The position numbers and the translations under genes are program-made. A stretch of DNA of 64,000 nucleotides from Nitrospirota bacterium (lineage in GTDB: Bacteria; Nitrospirota; UBA9217). Positions 1-10,285 of this stretch are shown piece by piece; position 1 is the stretch's first letter, and the number at the start of each line of letters is the position of its first letter. The DNA lies in assembly GCA_963705595.1 (NCBI GenBank), contig CAVPKD010000004.1, forward strand, positions 381,819 to 445,818. Direction: 5' to 3'. Below the pieces are notes generated by a model. It was not told the origin of the DNA and made no database searches. It worked only from the letters and a program-made list of their open reading frames with translations.

Positions 1-367
1 GGCGAGAACCATCGACGTCCTTATCGTGGACACCGCCGGCAGGCTCCACACAAAATCAAACCTCATGGAAGAGCTGAAGAAGGTGCAACGCATCCTTTCG
101 CGCGAGCTCCCCGGGGCGCCCCATGAAACCCTGCTCGTCCTCGACGGAAACACGGGCCAGAACGCCCTCGTTCAGGCGAAGATGTTCCATGAGGCAGTGG
201 GAGTAACCGGCATCGTGCTTACCAAGCTGGACGGAACATCCAGGGGTGGCATCGTATTCGCGATTAACAAGGAACTCTCCATCCCGGTCAAGTTTATCGG
301 CATCGGAGAGGCGATTGAAGACCTGCGGGAATTTAATTCGAGAGAGTTCGTAGATGCGCTGTTGTGA
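1..367 (+). CDS. ftsY: Signal recognition particle receptor FtsY, 3' part (truncated by window start)
   Basis: SRP GTPase motifs [33 protein letters not shown]. Confidence 0.95.
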   Translation, partial: ARTIDVLIVDTAGRLHTKSNLMEELKKVQRILSRELPGAPHETLLVLDGNTGQNALVQAKMFHEAVGVTGIVLTKLDGTSRGGIVFAINKELSIPVKFIGIGEAIEDLREFNSREFVDALL

Positions 368-454
368 GAGCAGATCGCATAGGGCAAAGAGGATAAGGAT
401 AGGGAACACTCTGTTGTGCTCCACCCGATGCTCTCTGCAGGACGGCGGAGGACC

Positions 455-745
455 ATGGAGAGCGTAAAGGTCGAGATATTTGGTCAAGTGTACAGCATCA
501 GGGGCAAGGATGACCAAGACTATATCCGAGAACTTGCAGCGTTTGTTGACGCAAAGATGAAGGATGTACAGAAGGGGACGGGCACAGCTGATCCTCACCG
601 GGTTGCCATCCTCACGGCACTCACGATTTCCGACGAACTCTTCCGCGTGCGCCGGCAGCACGGCGCCCTAGAAAAGACGGCAGAGACTGCAGCTCAACGG
701 TTGCTTTCTATAACAGAAACCAAAAGCGGGGAAGAAAAAAAATAG
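455..745 (+). CDS. zapA: Cell division protein ZapA
   Basis: [39 protein letters not shown]; GGAGG RBS before ATG 455; upstream of 6S RNA as in the usual synteny. Confidence 0.9.
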   Translation: MESVKVEIFGQVYSIRGKDDQDYIRELAAFVDAKMKDVQKGTGTADPHRVAILTALTISDELFRVRRQHGALEKTAETAAQRLLSITETKSGEEKK

Positions 746-858
746 CAGACAACTCCGATGCAGGGCTTTCTTAGGACAGAGAACGAGAAGATCGGTTTAA
801 CCTGTTGAAATTAAATATGTTTTATCTGTAGCATTCAAACAGCGTATTATTTTTCCTC

Positions 859-889
859 TTGCCATTTTTTGATGATTCTGGTATATAGT
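859..889 (+). promoter_or_regulatory. Putative sigma70 promoter for 6S RNA
   Basis: TTGCCA (859) N17 TATATA with upstream TG, about 30 nt before the 6S stem. Confidence 0.45.
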
Positions 890-916
890 ATATAGTTGAT
901 GAAGGAACTTGAAAAC

Positions 917-1097
917 AGTCCCCTGCTTTGCGCGTGATTGATATAACTTGTTCCTCGTGAAAAAAAATTAAAGGGAGCTGTCCCCGCGAAAGGGTGTGCA
1001 TGCCCAGACAAGACTGGGAAGCCTAAACTTTCCGAAATGGCGCCCACCTGGTTACTACCAGGAATCAAGTTTATCTACACGGCAAAAGCGGGGGATT
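917..1097 (+). ncRNA. ssrS: 6S RNA (SsrS)
   Basis: About 180 nt; 5' TCCCCTGCTTTGCGCGTG pairs with 3' CACGGCAAAAGCGGGGGA; internal GGGAGC/CGCCCACC elements; located downstream of zapA and upstream of rny. Confidence 0.85.
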
Positions 1098-1560
1098 TTT
1101 TATATTCCGGTAAAAAGGCATCATAACTAGCTGTTAATTAATACAAACGTGTGATCAGCGCATATTGAAAGGGGCGGTAAGTAAGGAAGGCTCCGGCGCT
1201 TGTGATAGTATCGATGTATCAGCGGCTTACTGAGAAAGAAAGATACCAACCATGAGTTTTCAGGTTTCCTGGTCTATTCTCGGTTCCGCACAAAGATTGT
1301 ATTTGCCAGCAGGGTAACAAACTTATTGAACATGGGGATATTCGTTCATACATATACACATCGAGAGGCAGTATCGACGATGGACTTTCCGGGAAGTATG
1401 CAAGGTATAAACACACAGAACAGATATACTGCATTCTCCCGTAGAGAGGATGTTTCTTAACACATACCCGGTATATCCCCTGTAAGATGCTATCCTGATC
1501 CGGCCAATCTGGTTTTCTCGCTATCACTTGCCCGTGTAGGCCCTCCTGAAGTATTTCACG

Positions 1561-2908
1561 TTGGGTCTCAAGAATCTCAAAAAACAGGCGCATTCTTTGC
1601 CCTTGACCGCAGAGCCGTTCGAACCGCCTCTGGCGTGGCGGATGCGGCCCCATGACCTGTCCGAGTTCGCAGGACAGGAGCATATCCTCGGCGCAGGGCA
1701 AACTCCTTCGCAGGGCCATCGAGACCGATCGGTTCATGTCGCTCATCCTCTACGGTCCGCCCGGTGTAGGCAAGACCGCTCTTGCGCATCTGATCGCCGA
1801 GCGCAGCAAGGCCCACTTTGTCTCCCTCAATGCCGTTACGGCAGGCGTGGCCGACATCCGGAAAGTGACGCAGGAGGCTGCGCTGGAACGGGATCAAAGC
1901 GGCAAGAGGACCATCCTCTTCATCGACGAGATCCACCGGTTCACACGCGTGCAGCAGGACGCGCTGCTGCCCGACGTGGAACGGGGAAATATCACCCTCA
2001 TCGGCGCTTCGACGCAGAACCCGTTTTTCGCGATCATCCCCGCGCTCTCATCCCGCTCGCAGATCTTCGAATTCAAACCGCTTAAGAACGAGGACATCAG
2101 GGCACTTATCATGCGCGCGCTTGTCGGATAAGGAACGGGGGTTCGGAAATCTGTCCGTGACCCTGACCCCGGATGCCCTCGAACTCATCATCGCGAAATC
2201 CAACGGAGACGCGCGGCGCGCATTGAATGCGCTCGAGCTCGGGGTGCTCTCGACTCGCTCCCGGCCCGCAGGGAGCCATCCTCTATGATCTCCACACGGC
2301 CGAGGAATCCATCCAGAAGAAGGCGCTGGTCTATGATGAGGACGAACATTACGATACGATCTCGGCGTTCATTAAGAGCATGCGCGGGAGCGATCCCGAT
2401 GCGGCGCTCTATTGGATGGCCAAGATGATCTACGCGGGTGAAGACCCGCTGTTCATCGCGCGCAGGATCGTGATCGCGGCGAGCGAGGATGTGGGGAACG
2501 CGGATCCCGCGGGCGCTCTTCGTCGCAACTGCCGCATACCAGGCCGTGGAGCGCATCGGCATGCCCGAGGGCGCGATCCCGCTGGCGCAGGCGGCTGTAT
2601 ACGTGGCCTCGGCGCCCAAGAGCAATGCTTCGTACCTCGGCATCAAGGAAGCGATGAAGGATATTGAGGAAGGAAATCTCCTGCCCGTGCCGGACCATCT
2701 GAAGGACGCCAATTACAAGGGCGCCGCGCGGCTCGGCAGGGGCAAGGGATACAAGTATCCACACGATTACCCGGGCCATTATACGGCCCAGGATTACCTC
2801 CCGCAGAAGCGGGAATATTACCGGCCCACGGAGCAGGGCGAAGAGAAAAGGATCAAGGAGCGTCTTGCCGGGCTGAAGAAGAGGTATCAGGAGGAAAAGA
2901 ATGATTGA
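1561..2908 (+). CDS. rarA: Replication-associated recombination protein RarA/MgsA (AAA+), split by about 4 single-base indels; start uncertain
   Basis: [57 protein letters not shown] distributed across ORFs 1561, 1652, 2227 and 2489. Confidence 0.9.
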
Positions 2909-4457
2909 ATATATTGTTGTGTTGATTGTCGGGCTTGCCGGAGGATTCGGCCTCGGTCTGCTGATCAAAGGCAGGGTCGCGGCAGGCAAGATCAAGGACG
3001 CCGAAACTGAGGCTGCGACGGATCGTTGCGAACGCCGAGCGCGAGGCAGAGACCAAACGCAAGGAAGCCGTGCTCGAGGTCAAGGACAAGTTCTATCAGG
3101 CCCGGGCTGATTTCGAAAAGGAGAATCGCGATAAGCGCCAGGAACTCCAGAACCAGGAACGGCGGCTCACCCAGAAGGAAGAGAGCCTTGAAAAGAAGAT
3201 CGACCTTATCGAGAAGCGGGAAGCCGATGCTGTGCGGCGCGAGCGCGAGCTGACGGCACGGGAGAAGGTCGCGATCGAGAAGGAAGACCGTTTCGAGAAG
3301 GGCCTTCGTGAACAGCGGCAGATGCTCGAGAAGATCGCGAACATGACCGCCGAAGAGGCCAAGCGCCAGCTCATGCTCTCGATGGAAGACGAGGCCAAGT
3401 ACGAGGCGGCCAAGACCATCAAGCGGATCGAGGACGAGGCCAAGGAGGAGGCCGACAAGAAGGCCAAGAACATCATCAGCCTGGCCATCCAGCGGTACGC
3501 AAGCGACTATGTGGCTGAGGCAACGGTCTCGGTGGTGAACCTGCCGAACGATGAGATGAAGGGCAGGATCATCGGCCGCGAGGGTAGGAACATCCGTGCG
3601 CTCGAGGCCGCAACCGGTATCGACCTCATCATCGACGATACACCGGAGGCGGTGATCCTTTCGTGCTATGATCCGCTCCGGAGAGAGATCGCCCGCTGAC
3701 CATCGAGCGTCTGATCCAGGACGGTCGCATCCATCCGGCCCGGATCGAGGAGATCGCGGAGAAGGTCAAGAAGGACCTGGATATCACCATGAAGGAAGAG
3801 GGCGAGAAGGCGGCCTTTGACCTTGGCATCCACAACATGCACCCCGAGATCATCAAGCTCATCGGGAGGCTCAAATACCGGACGAGCTACGGCCAGAACG
3901 TGCTTATGCATTCGCGCGAGGTGGCCTATTTCGCGGGCATCATGGCTGCGGAGTGCGGTGTGGACCAGAAGCTCGCACGGCGTGCGGGACTGCTCCATGA
4001 CCTGGGCAAGGCCATCGACCATGAGGTGGAGGGGACCCATCCGCAGATCGGCGGAGACCTGGCCAAGAAGTACGGCGAGAATCCCAAGGTGATCAACGCG
4101 ATCCTGACCCACCACGGCGACGGTGAGCCGAACTGCGTCGAGTCCGTGCTCGTGGCGGCCGCGGACGCGCTCTCGGCGGGCAGGCCCGGCGTGCGGCGCG
4201 AGACCCTCGAGAGCTACCTCAAGCGGCTTGAACAGCTCGAGACGGCGGCCAATTCCTTCAAGGGCGTGGAAAAGTCCTATGCCATCCAGGCAGGCCGCGA
4301 GATCAGGATCATCGTGAAACCCGAAGACCTCTCGGACGCGCATTCTGCCCAGCTTTCGCGCGATATCGCCAAGAAGATCGAGCAGGAGATGTCCTACCCC
4401 GGCCAGATCAAGGTGACGGTGGTGCGCGAGAGCAGGTATGTGGAGTACGCGAAGTAG
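2901..4457 (+). CDS. rny: Ribonuclease Y (TM, coiled coil, KH, HD), two frameshifts near 3018 and 3695
   Basis: N-terminal [18 protein letters not shown] motif, [23 protein letters not shown]. Confidence 0.93.
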
Positions 4458-4542
4458 TTACGGCAAAGGGCAAAGATTTTAAATCCATGCTCCATGCCTC
4501 GTGTGCTAAACCGACAGAGCAAATCGTTCAAAGGAGCACTGA

Positions 4543-5321
4543 TTGAAGGTTCTTTTCATCGGAGACATCATCGGCGAGCCGGGCAGGAAGATGGTACGGG
4601 CGAATATGCGCGGTCTCGCCGAGAACACATCACCCGGACCTCGTGATCGCCAACGGGGAGAACGCCGCCGGAGGGTTCGGGATTACATCCGAGATCGCCG
4701 AAGAGCTTTTTTCCCTCGGCATCCACGTCCTGACCTCGGGCAACCACGTCTGGGACAAGAAGGAGATCGAGCCCTATCTTACCAAGCAGGACCGGCTCAT
4801 CAGGCCGGCCAACTATCCCGCTGGCAATCCCGGATACGGCAGTGTGGTCATCTCTACCGGAAGCGGGCAAGGCGGCGGTCCTGAACCTTGAAGGAAGGGT
4901 CTTCATGTCCAACCTGGAAGACCCGTTCCGGGTCGCTGAGCGCGAGATAGAAAAACTAAAAAAGGAAACCCCGGTCGTGATTATTGACTTTCATGCCGAG
5001 GCCACGTCCGAAAAGATGGCCCTTGCCTGGCATCTGGACGGCAAGGCGAGCGCCGTGATCGGGACCCATACGCATGTGCAGACCGCTGACGAACGTATCC
5101 TGCCCGCGGGAACAGCTTTTATCACCGATGCGGGCATGACCGGGCCCACGGATTCGGTCATCGGCGTGAAGAAGGAGCAGGCCATCGCCCGGTTTCTGTA
5201 CCAAACGCCGCACCGGTTCGAGATACCCAAAGGGCCGGTCCACCTGAGTGCAGTGCTTCTCGATATTGACGGCAAGACGGGGAAGGCGAACGCCATCGAG
5301 AGAATCCACATTAAATCCTAA
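4543..5321 (+). CDS. ymdB: YmdB/TIGR00282 metallophosphoesterase, two frameshifts
   Basis: LFIGDIIG, NGENAAGG, TSGNHVWD, DFHAEATSEK, GTHTHVQTAD; follows rny. Confidence 0.9.
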
Positions 5322-5472
5322 TGCAGATTTTTCTACCGCAGAGGCCGCAGAGAGTAAATTCTAAATTCGAAGCTCTGAACTCCAACAATATCGAATCTTC
5401 AAAATTTTGACGTGAGATATTTGAACTCCGCGTTTATCTAGGTTTTCATGCTGGGGATGTAGTGCTTGTCTT

Positions 5473-6678
5473 ATGAAGACCCATATTTTAACCGTCACTC
5501 AGCTCACCATAGAGATCAAGAACCTGCTTGAAGGGAACTTTCCCGATATCTGGGTAGAAGGCGAGATCTCGAACCTCAGTATTCCCCAATCAGGCCATGC
5601 CTATTTTACATTAAAGGACGAACAGAGCCAGATCCGCTCCGTCCTGTTCCGCTCGTCCCAGCGGTTTCTCAAGTTCACGCTTCAGCACGGGATGCAGGTA
5701 ATCTGCCGCGGGAGGGTCAGCGTGTACGAGCCGCGGGGCGAATACCAGCTTATCGTCGATTATATCGAGCCCAAGGGAATCGGCGCGCTTCAGTTGGCGT
5801 TCGAGCAGCTTAAGGCAAAGCTCGAAAAAGAAGGTCTGTTCGACCTCGACCACAAGAGGCCGCTCCCCCTCCTGCCGCAGAGGATCGGCATGATCACCTC
5901 ACCCACAGGAGCTGCCATCCGTGATATGCTGCGGGTGATAAAGCGCCGCCACCCCAAGATGCATATCCTTATTTACCCTGTCCCGGTTCAGGGAATCGAA
6001 GCGGCACCGGGCATCGTTGAGGCAATCCAATATTTCAACCAGGGCCAGAACGTAGACGTGATGATCGTCGGCCGCGGCGGCGGTTCTCTCGAGGACCTCT
6101 GGGCCTTCAACGAAGAAGCCGTCGCGCGAGCCATCTATGCGTCGAAGATCCCGGTCATCTCTGCCGTGGGGCACGAGACGGACTATACGATAGCGGATTT
6201 TGTGGCCGATCTCCGGGCTCCGACTCCGTCAGCGGCCGCCGAAATGGTGGTCAAGAGCGAAGAAAGTTTCCGTGAATTCATCAGCTCTCTTGAGTCAGGC
6301 CTCATCAAAAGCATCCGGCAGCAAATCGACCTCACGCGCGCATCCCTCCGTGAATTCACGAGACTGCTTGGGGATCCAAGGAGATTGCTGGAGCAGTACG
6401 TGCAGCGTGTCGATGAACTCACCGGCAGGCTTGCCACGGGGCTCAGGCATCATGTGCGAAGGGACCGGGCGCTTCTCACAGCACTGACCGCCGGACTCGA
6501 CCATCTGAACCCACTTGGCATCCTTTCACGGGGGTACAGCGTCACCAGGAAACTGCCCGAAGGAGCGATTCTGAAGGACGCATCGAACGTCAGGCCGGGT
6601 GATCTGCTCAATACGAAGCTTCATAACGGTGAAATTGTCTCCCGGGTGGAGAAGAGCGACACAGAGGCCGGAATTTGA
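5473..6678 (+). CDS. xseA: Exodeoxyribonuclease VII large subunit
   Basis: WVEGEISN, SGHAYFTLKD, GRGGGSLEDLWAFNEE, AVGHETD, RAPTPSAAAE. Confidence 0.96.
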   Translation: MKTHILTVTQLTIEIKNLLEGNFPDIWVEGEISNLSIPQSGHAYFTLKDEQSQIRSVLFRSSQRFLKFTLQHGMQVICRGRVSVYEPRGEYQLIVDYIEPKGIGALQLAFEQLKAKLEKEGLFDLDHKRPLPLLPQRIGMITSPTGAAIRDMLRVIKRRHPKMHILIYPVPVQGIEAAPGIVEAIQYFNQGQNVDVMIVGRGGGSLEDLWAFNEEAVARAIYASKIPVISAVGHETDYTIADFVADLRAPTPSAAAEMVVKSEESFREFISSLESGLIKSIRQQIDLTRASLREFTRLLGDPRRLLEQYVQRVDELTGRLATGLRHHVRRDRALLTALTAGLDHLNPLGILSRGYSVTRKLPEGAILKDASNVRPGDLLNTKLHNGEIVSRVEKSDTEAGI

Positions 6679-6701
6679 ACGCGCTCATGTCGTCTTCGGC
6701 T

Positions 6702-6730
6702 TTGACACTGCGATATTCTTGTGATACCCT
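6702..6730 (+). promoter_or_regulatory. sigma70 promoter, probably giving a leaderless mRNA for the HEAT-repeat gene
   Basis: TTGACA (6702) N17 TACCCT with extended -10 TG; ATG 6738 lies 7 nt after the -10 with no SD. Confidence 0.5.
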
Positions 6731-6737
6731 CTAACGT

Positions 6738-8834
6738 ATGCAGGAAGAAGCAAAGCACATCGAATCACTTTCCCCTGAAGTCCAAGACGTAATGCGGAAC
6801 CTGGTCTCGGCGATCCGGGCCGTGAAACTCTATCCGCCCAACAACCCTGTCTACTCCCAGTCTGTCAAAAAGTCATATGAAGCGCTTGATCATTTTCTGG
6901 AGACCACGCCGGAATACCATGTCGGTGTGCAAAAAACCTATTTCTCCTACTTGCATACTCCGGTCGGAAAAGACACTCAGCTCAACAGGGCCATTGCCCA
7001 GGACCTGTTCGCGAAGGGGATACGGGAGATCGTCTTCAGCGACGGCGTGACCGAGGATGAACTGCTGGAGTTCTATCGAGCACTTGCCCTGTCATTAGAG
7101 GAGATGGCGATGAAGAGCGGGATCGCTTCGATCCTCTGGGAAAAGAGCGCGTCGCATATCAGGGTTACCGAAGCAGGTCTCGACGAGATCATTACGGCAA
7201 AAGCAGCAGGTGGTCGGGAGGACAAACCCCTTGCCAAAACGCCTTCCGGCGCACCGGTGCTATCCACGGCTAAGAAAGACATGCAGTTTTCACGTCGCAC
7301 CCTGGTTCTTGGCGATCTCATGGCCGATCCTGCGGCGTTCGGCGCCGGGATGATCGAACGTGCGATGCAGACCCGCGCCGAGAACGAAAGCGTGGAAGAC
7401 CGCCTCTTTGCGCTGTATCAGGACGCAGGGCGCAAGATCCAGGAAGAACACCCGGACCAGAGCGATACCCTGTTTGAAGGACTCGCAAAGTCCATCATCT
7501 CACTCGAACCTCCCTACCGTGACGGCCTTGTTGCCGGCAAGCTGTACGGGGGACTGGATTCGGAAACCGTGAGAGAACAGAAGGACGAATTCGAGAAACA
7601 GGTGCCTAATGAAATTCATGAAATCCTCGCTGGACGTTTTTCCAATGCATGGAACGTGAAGCAGGTGGCAGCGCTCCTGAAAAAATCATCGACAAAAAAG
7701 ACCGCGTCACCACCTCCCCCGCCAACCGCTCCCGCTGATCTCGAAGTCACCCCCATTTCCCAGGACATCATCGAGATCGCACGGGACATGGCAGACTATA
7801 CATCGGAAGAGCTGGAAGCGATCAAGATCATGGGCCAGGTCGGCATGGAGCCTGATATTATCGAGGCCGCGGTGCGGACCCTCATCTTCCTTCTTTCCCT
7901 GGTGAAGAATCCCCGCCGCTCCGCGCTGGAGGAAAAGGAGCTCAATTTCTTTTCCGGTGTCGTCCGCCAGCTCGAAGACTTGCTGAGCTATGTTCTGGTG
8001 AAAAAAGATTATGATCTTGCCACGCTCATTATCCGCGCTTTTCATATGCCCGTGGATCCCGCATTTAAGCCGCGGATGACGGAAGCCCTTAAGAGGAACT
8101 CATCAAAGCCCATCATTGCCGCTACGATATCCGAAATGCGGAACCACCACAAGGAGTCTCCTGAATATCAATCGGCCTATGCTTATTTGTCTAATCTGGA
8201 GCGAGAGGCGACGGAAACCCTGCTGGAACTCCTTGCAGAAGAGAACGACCGGACGGCAAGGATATTCCTTCTTGATCTAGTGAAAGGCCTGGGGAAAAAC
8301 CAGCTCACGTTGCTTGCCGAGCATCTTTCAGACGACCGCTGGTTCGTTGTGCGCAACATTGTTAGCATCCTTGGAGAAAGCCACGCCGACCAGGCCCTTG
8401 GATACCTCTTTAAGGTGATGAACCATAAGGATGTACGGATACGGCAAGAAGTTATCAAGGGGCTGATCACCATCGGCGGGAAGAAGTCGGCCGGTCTCCT
8501 GACGAAGTTCCTGAGAGACAAGGACATTGATACCCAGATGATGGCGGTCCGCGGTTTTGCCGAACTCAAGGGCATCGATGCCGAGGAGGCAAAACCTCTG
8601 GTGGAATTCCTACAGGACCGCTCCCTCAACAAGAAGGACCAGGCGCTCACGCTGGAGGCGATCAAGACACTGGGGATGATTGGAGGCCCCGAGGCAGCCG
8701 GATTTCTGAAGAGATATACCCGCATACGGTGGTGGAGATCGCGGAAGCTCCAGAAGGAACTCCGCGCCGCAGCTCTTGGGGCAATGGAGAAAATCGAGAG
8801 GAGACAGGACGATGGCGGAAGTGGAACGAGATAG
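6738..8834 (+). CDS. HEAT-repeat protein with an uncharacterised N-terminal domain
   Basis: C-terminal HEAT repeats (LSDDRWFVVRNIVSILG, HKDVRIRQEVIKGL); overlaps the next gene. Confidence 0.8.
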   Translation: MQEEAKHIESLSPEVQDVMRNLVSAIRAVKLYPPNNPVYSQSVKKSYEALDHFLETTPEYHVGVQKTYFSYLHTPVGKDTQLNRAIAQDLFAKGIREIVFSDGVTEDELLEFYRALALSLEEMAMKSGIASILWEKSASHIRVTEAGLDEIITAKAAGGREDKPLAKTPSGAPVLSTAKKDMQFSRRTLVLGDLMADPAAFGAGMIERAMQTRAENESVEDRLFALYQDAGRKIQEEHPDQSDTLFEGLAKSIISLEPPYRDGLVAGKLYGGLDSETVREQKDEFEKQVPNEIHEILAGRFSNAWNVKQVAALLKKSSTKKTASPPPPPTAPADLEVTPISQDIIEIARDMADYTSEELEAIKIMGQVGMEPDIIEAAVRTLIFLLSLVKNPRRSALEEKELNFFSGVVRQLEDLLSYVLVKKDYDLATLIIRAFHMPVDPAFKPRMTEALKRNSSKPIIAATISEMRNHHKESPEYQSAYAYLSNLEREATETLLELLAEENDRTARIFLLDLVKGLGKNQLTLLAEHLSDDRWFVVRNIVSILGESHADQALGYLFKVMNHKDVRIRQEVIKGLITIGGKKSAGLLTKFLRDKDIDTQMMAVRGFAELKGIDAEEAKPLVEFLQDRSLNKKDQALTLEAIKTLGMIGGPEAAGFLKRYTRIRWWRSRKLQKELRAAALGAMEKIERRQDDGGSGTR

Positions 8835-10245
8835 CCGGGGTGAGGCGAAACAGTCCTTTTTCGCGAAACAACAGCTGATTGGTTCGGCCAAAACCGCGTT
8901 CCAGCAATTGTCGGCCGTCTTGAAGAACTCGACCCTCTATCCCGAAGCACATCCCTTCCTGCTTTCATCCGCTGAAAAGCTCTTGAGCACGATCGAGGCG
9001 CTGCTGGTAGACCGGAAGGAAGTGGCATTCTATCTTGTCGCGGGAGAACTGTTTTTCGAGACACTCTCCGTGCCCATAGACCAGAGCCTTGTTCTGCTCA
9101 TGGAGCACTTTGCCAGCCGGGATGTGGGCGGGATCATCTTCAAACCCGGCCTCACGGCACATGAGCTCGTCAGGTTTGCGAGTCTGATGAGCAAAGAGCC
9201 CGGGTTTTTTTCCACCCAGGGAGACATCGCAGGAGTGATCGCGAAAGAACAGATTGATCATATCGAGCTTCACCGGGTGCTTATCGTCGACAAGAAGGTA
9301 ATGGGCACCATCAAAGAAGAAAAGAAACAGGTTTCTGCGGTCTTCATGGACGCGGTCGATGCGGTGAAAGAAATGGCCCATGCCGTGCATATCGACAAAG
9401 CTGCCAGCATGCGCAAAATGAACACGATCGTCCAGACTCTCGTCGATAACATCCTTGACAACCGAGATGCCCTGTTGGGCCTGACCAGCCTTAAGATGTA
9501 TGACGAGTATACCTTTACCCACTCGGTAAACACGTCTATCCTCGCCGTCAGTCTCGGAACGTTCCTGTCCTTCGCGAAGCCCCAGCTCGCCGCCCTGGGT
9601 GTCGCCGGGCTCATGCACGACATCGGCAAGATGAACGTCCCGCTCGAGATCATTAATAAGCCGGGCAAACTCACCGATGAGGAATGGGAAGAAGTCAAGC
9701 GCCATCCTATCGAAGGGGCACTGATCCTTGCGGACATCCCGGGAGTGTCCAAGATGGCCATGGTGGCGGCCTTCGAGCATCATCAGCACGGCGATGTCCG
9801 CGGGTACCCGCGGATCGACGAGTCCCTGCAGCAGCATCCCTTCTCGCAGATTATCTCCATCGCCGATGCTTACGAAGCCCTTACGGCCGCCCGGGTGTAC
9901 TATAAGATCCAGATGCCCGCTGAAAAGGCCATGCAGATCCTATTGAGTAAACGCGGGACCGCCTTCAACTCGATACTCGTCAAGGCTTTCGTCAACATGA
10001 TCGGCATCTTTCCCATCGGGACGATCCTCAAGCTGGACACAGGAGAGGCCGGGCTGGTCGTGCATCAGACCCGGGACCTGATGCGACCACGGGTCCTGCT
10101 TCTCAGCAAGTTTGACGGCTCGGAAAAAGAATCAGGGACCGAGGCCAGCCTCCTCGAGACCGCTGGAGGAAACTATAAGCGCACGGCCGTCGGGACCATC
10201 GATCCCTATGTCGCCAACATCGATATTAAGAAATATCTGGCATAG
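8812..10245 (+). CDS. HD-GYP domain protein (cyclic dinucleotide phosphodiesterase family)
   Basis: YTFTHSVN, LMHDIGK, INKPGKLTDEEW, HHQHGDVRGYP, IADAYEALT. Confidence 0.88.
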   Translation: MAEVERDSRGEAKQSFFAKQQLIGSAKTAFQQLSAVLKNSTLYPEAHPFLLSSAEKLLSTIEALLVDRKEVAFYLVAGELFFETLSVPIDQSLVLLMEHFASRDVGGIIFKPGLTAHELVRFASLMSKEPGFFSTQGDIAGVIAKEQIDHIELHRVLIVDKKVMGTIKEEKKQVSAVFMDAVDAVKEMAHAVHIDKAASMRKMNTIVQTLVDNILDNRDALLGLTSLKMYDEYTFTHSVNTSILAVSLGTFLSFAKPQLAALGVAGLMHDIGKMNVPLEIINKPGKLTDEEWEEVKRHPIEGALILADIPGVSKMAMVAAFEHHQHGDVRGYPRIDESLQQHPFSQIISIADAYEALTAARVYYKIQMPAEKAMQILLSKRGTAFNSILVKAFVNMIGIFPIGTILKLDTGEAGLVVHQTRDLMRPRVLLLSKFDGSEKESGTEASLLETAGGNYKRTAVGTIDPYVANIDIKKYLA

Positions 10246-10285
10246 CGATCATTGTGATGCATCCCCGCGATCTGTTCGGTACGAA

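Noticed and set aside
1100-1560. Expected 5-formyl-THF cyclo-ligase after 6S RNA; ORF 1219-1746
   Set aside because: No matching motifs in the frames I read; the ORF overlaps rarA antisense and looks spurious
1690-4870. Programmed ribosomal frameshifting in rarA, rny and ymdB
   Set aside because: No slippery heptamers, mixed directions and several events per gene; sequencing error is more parsimonious
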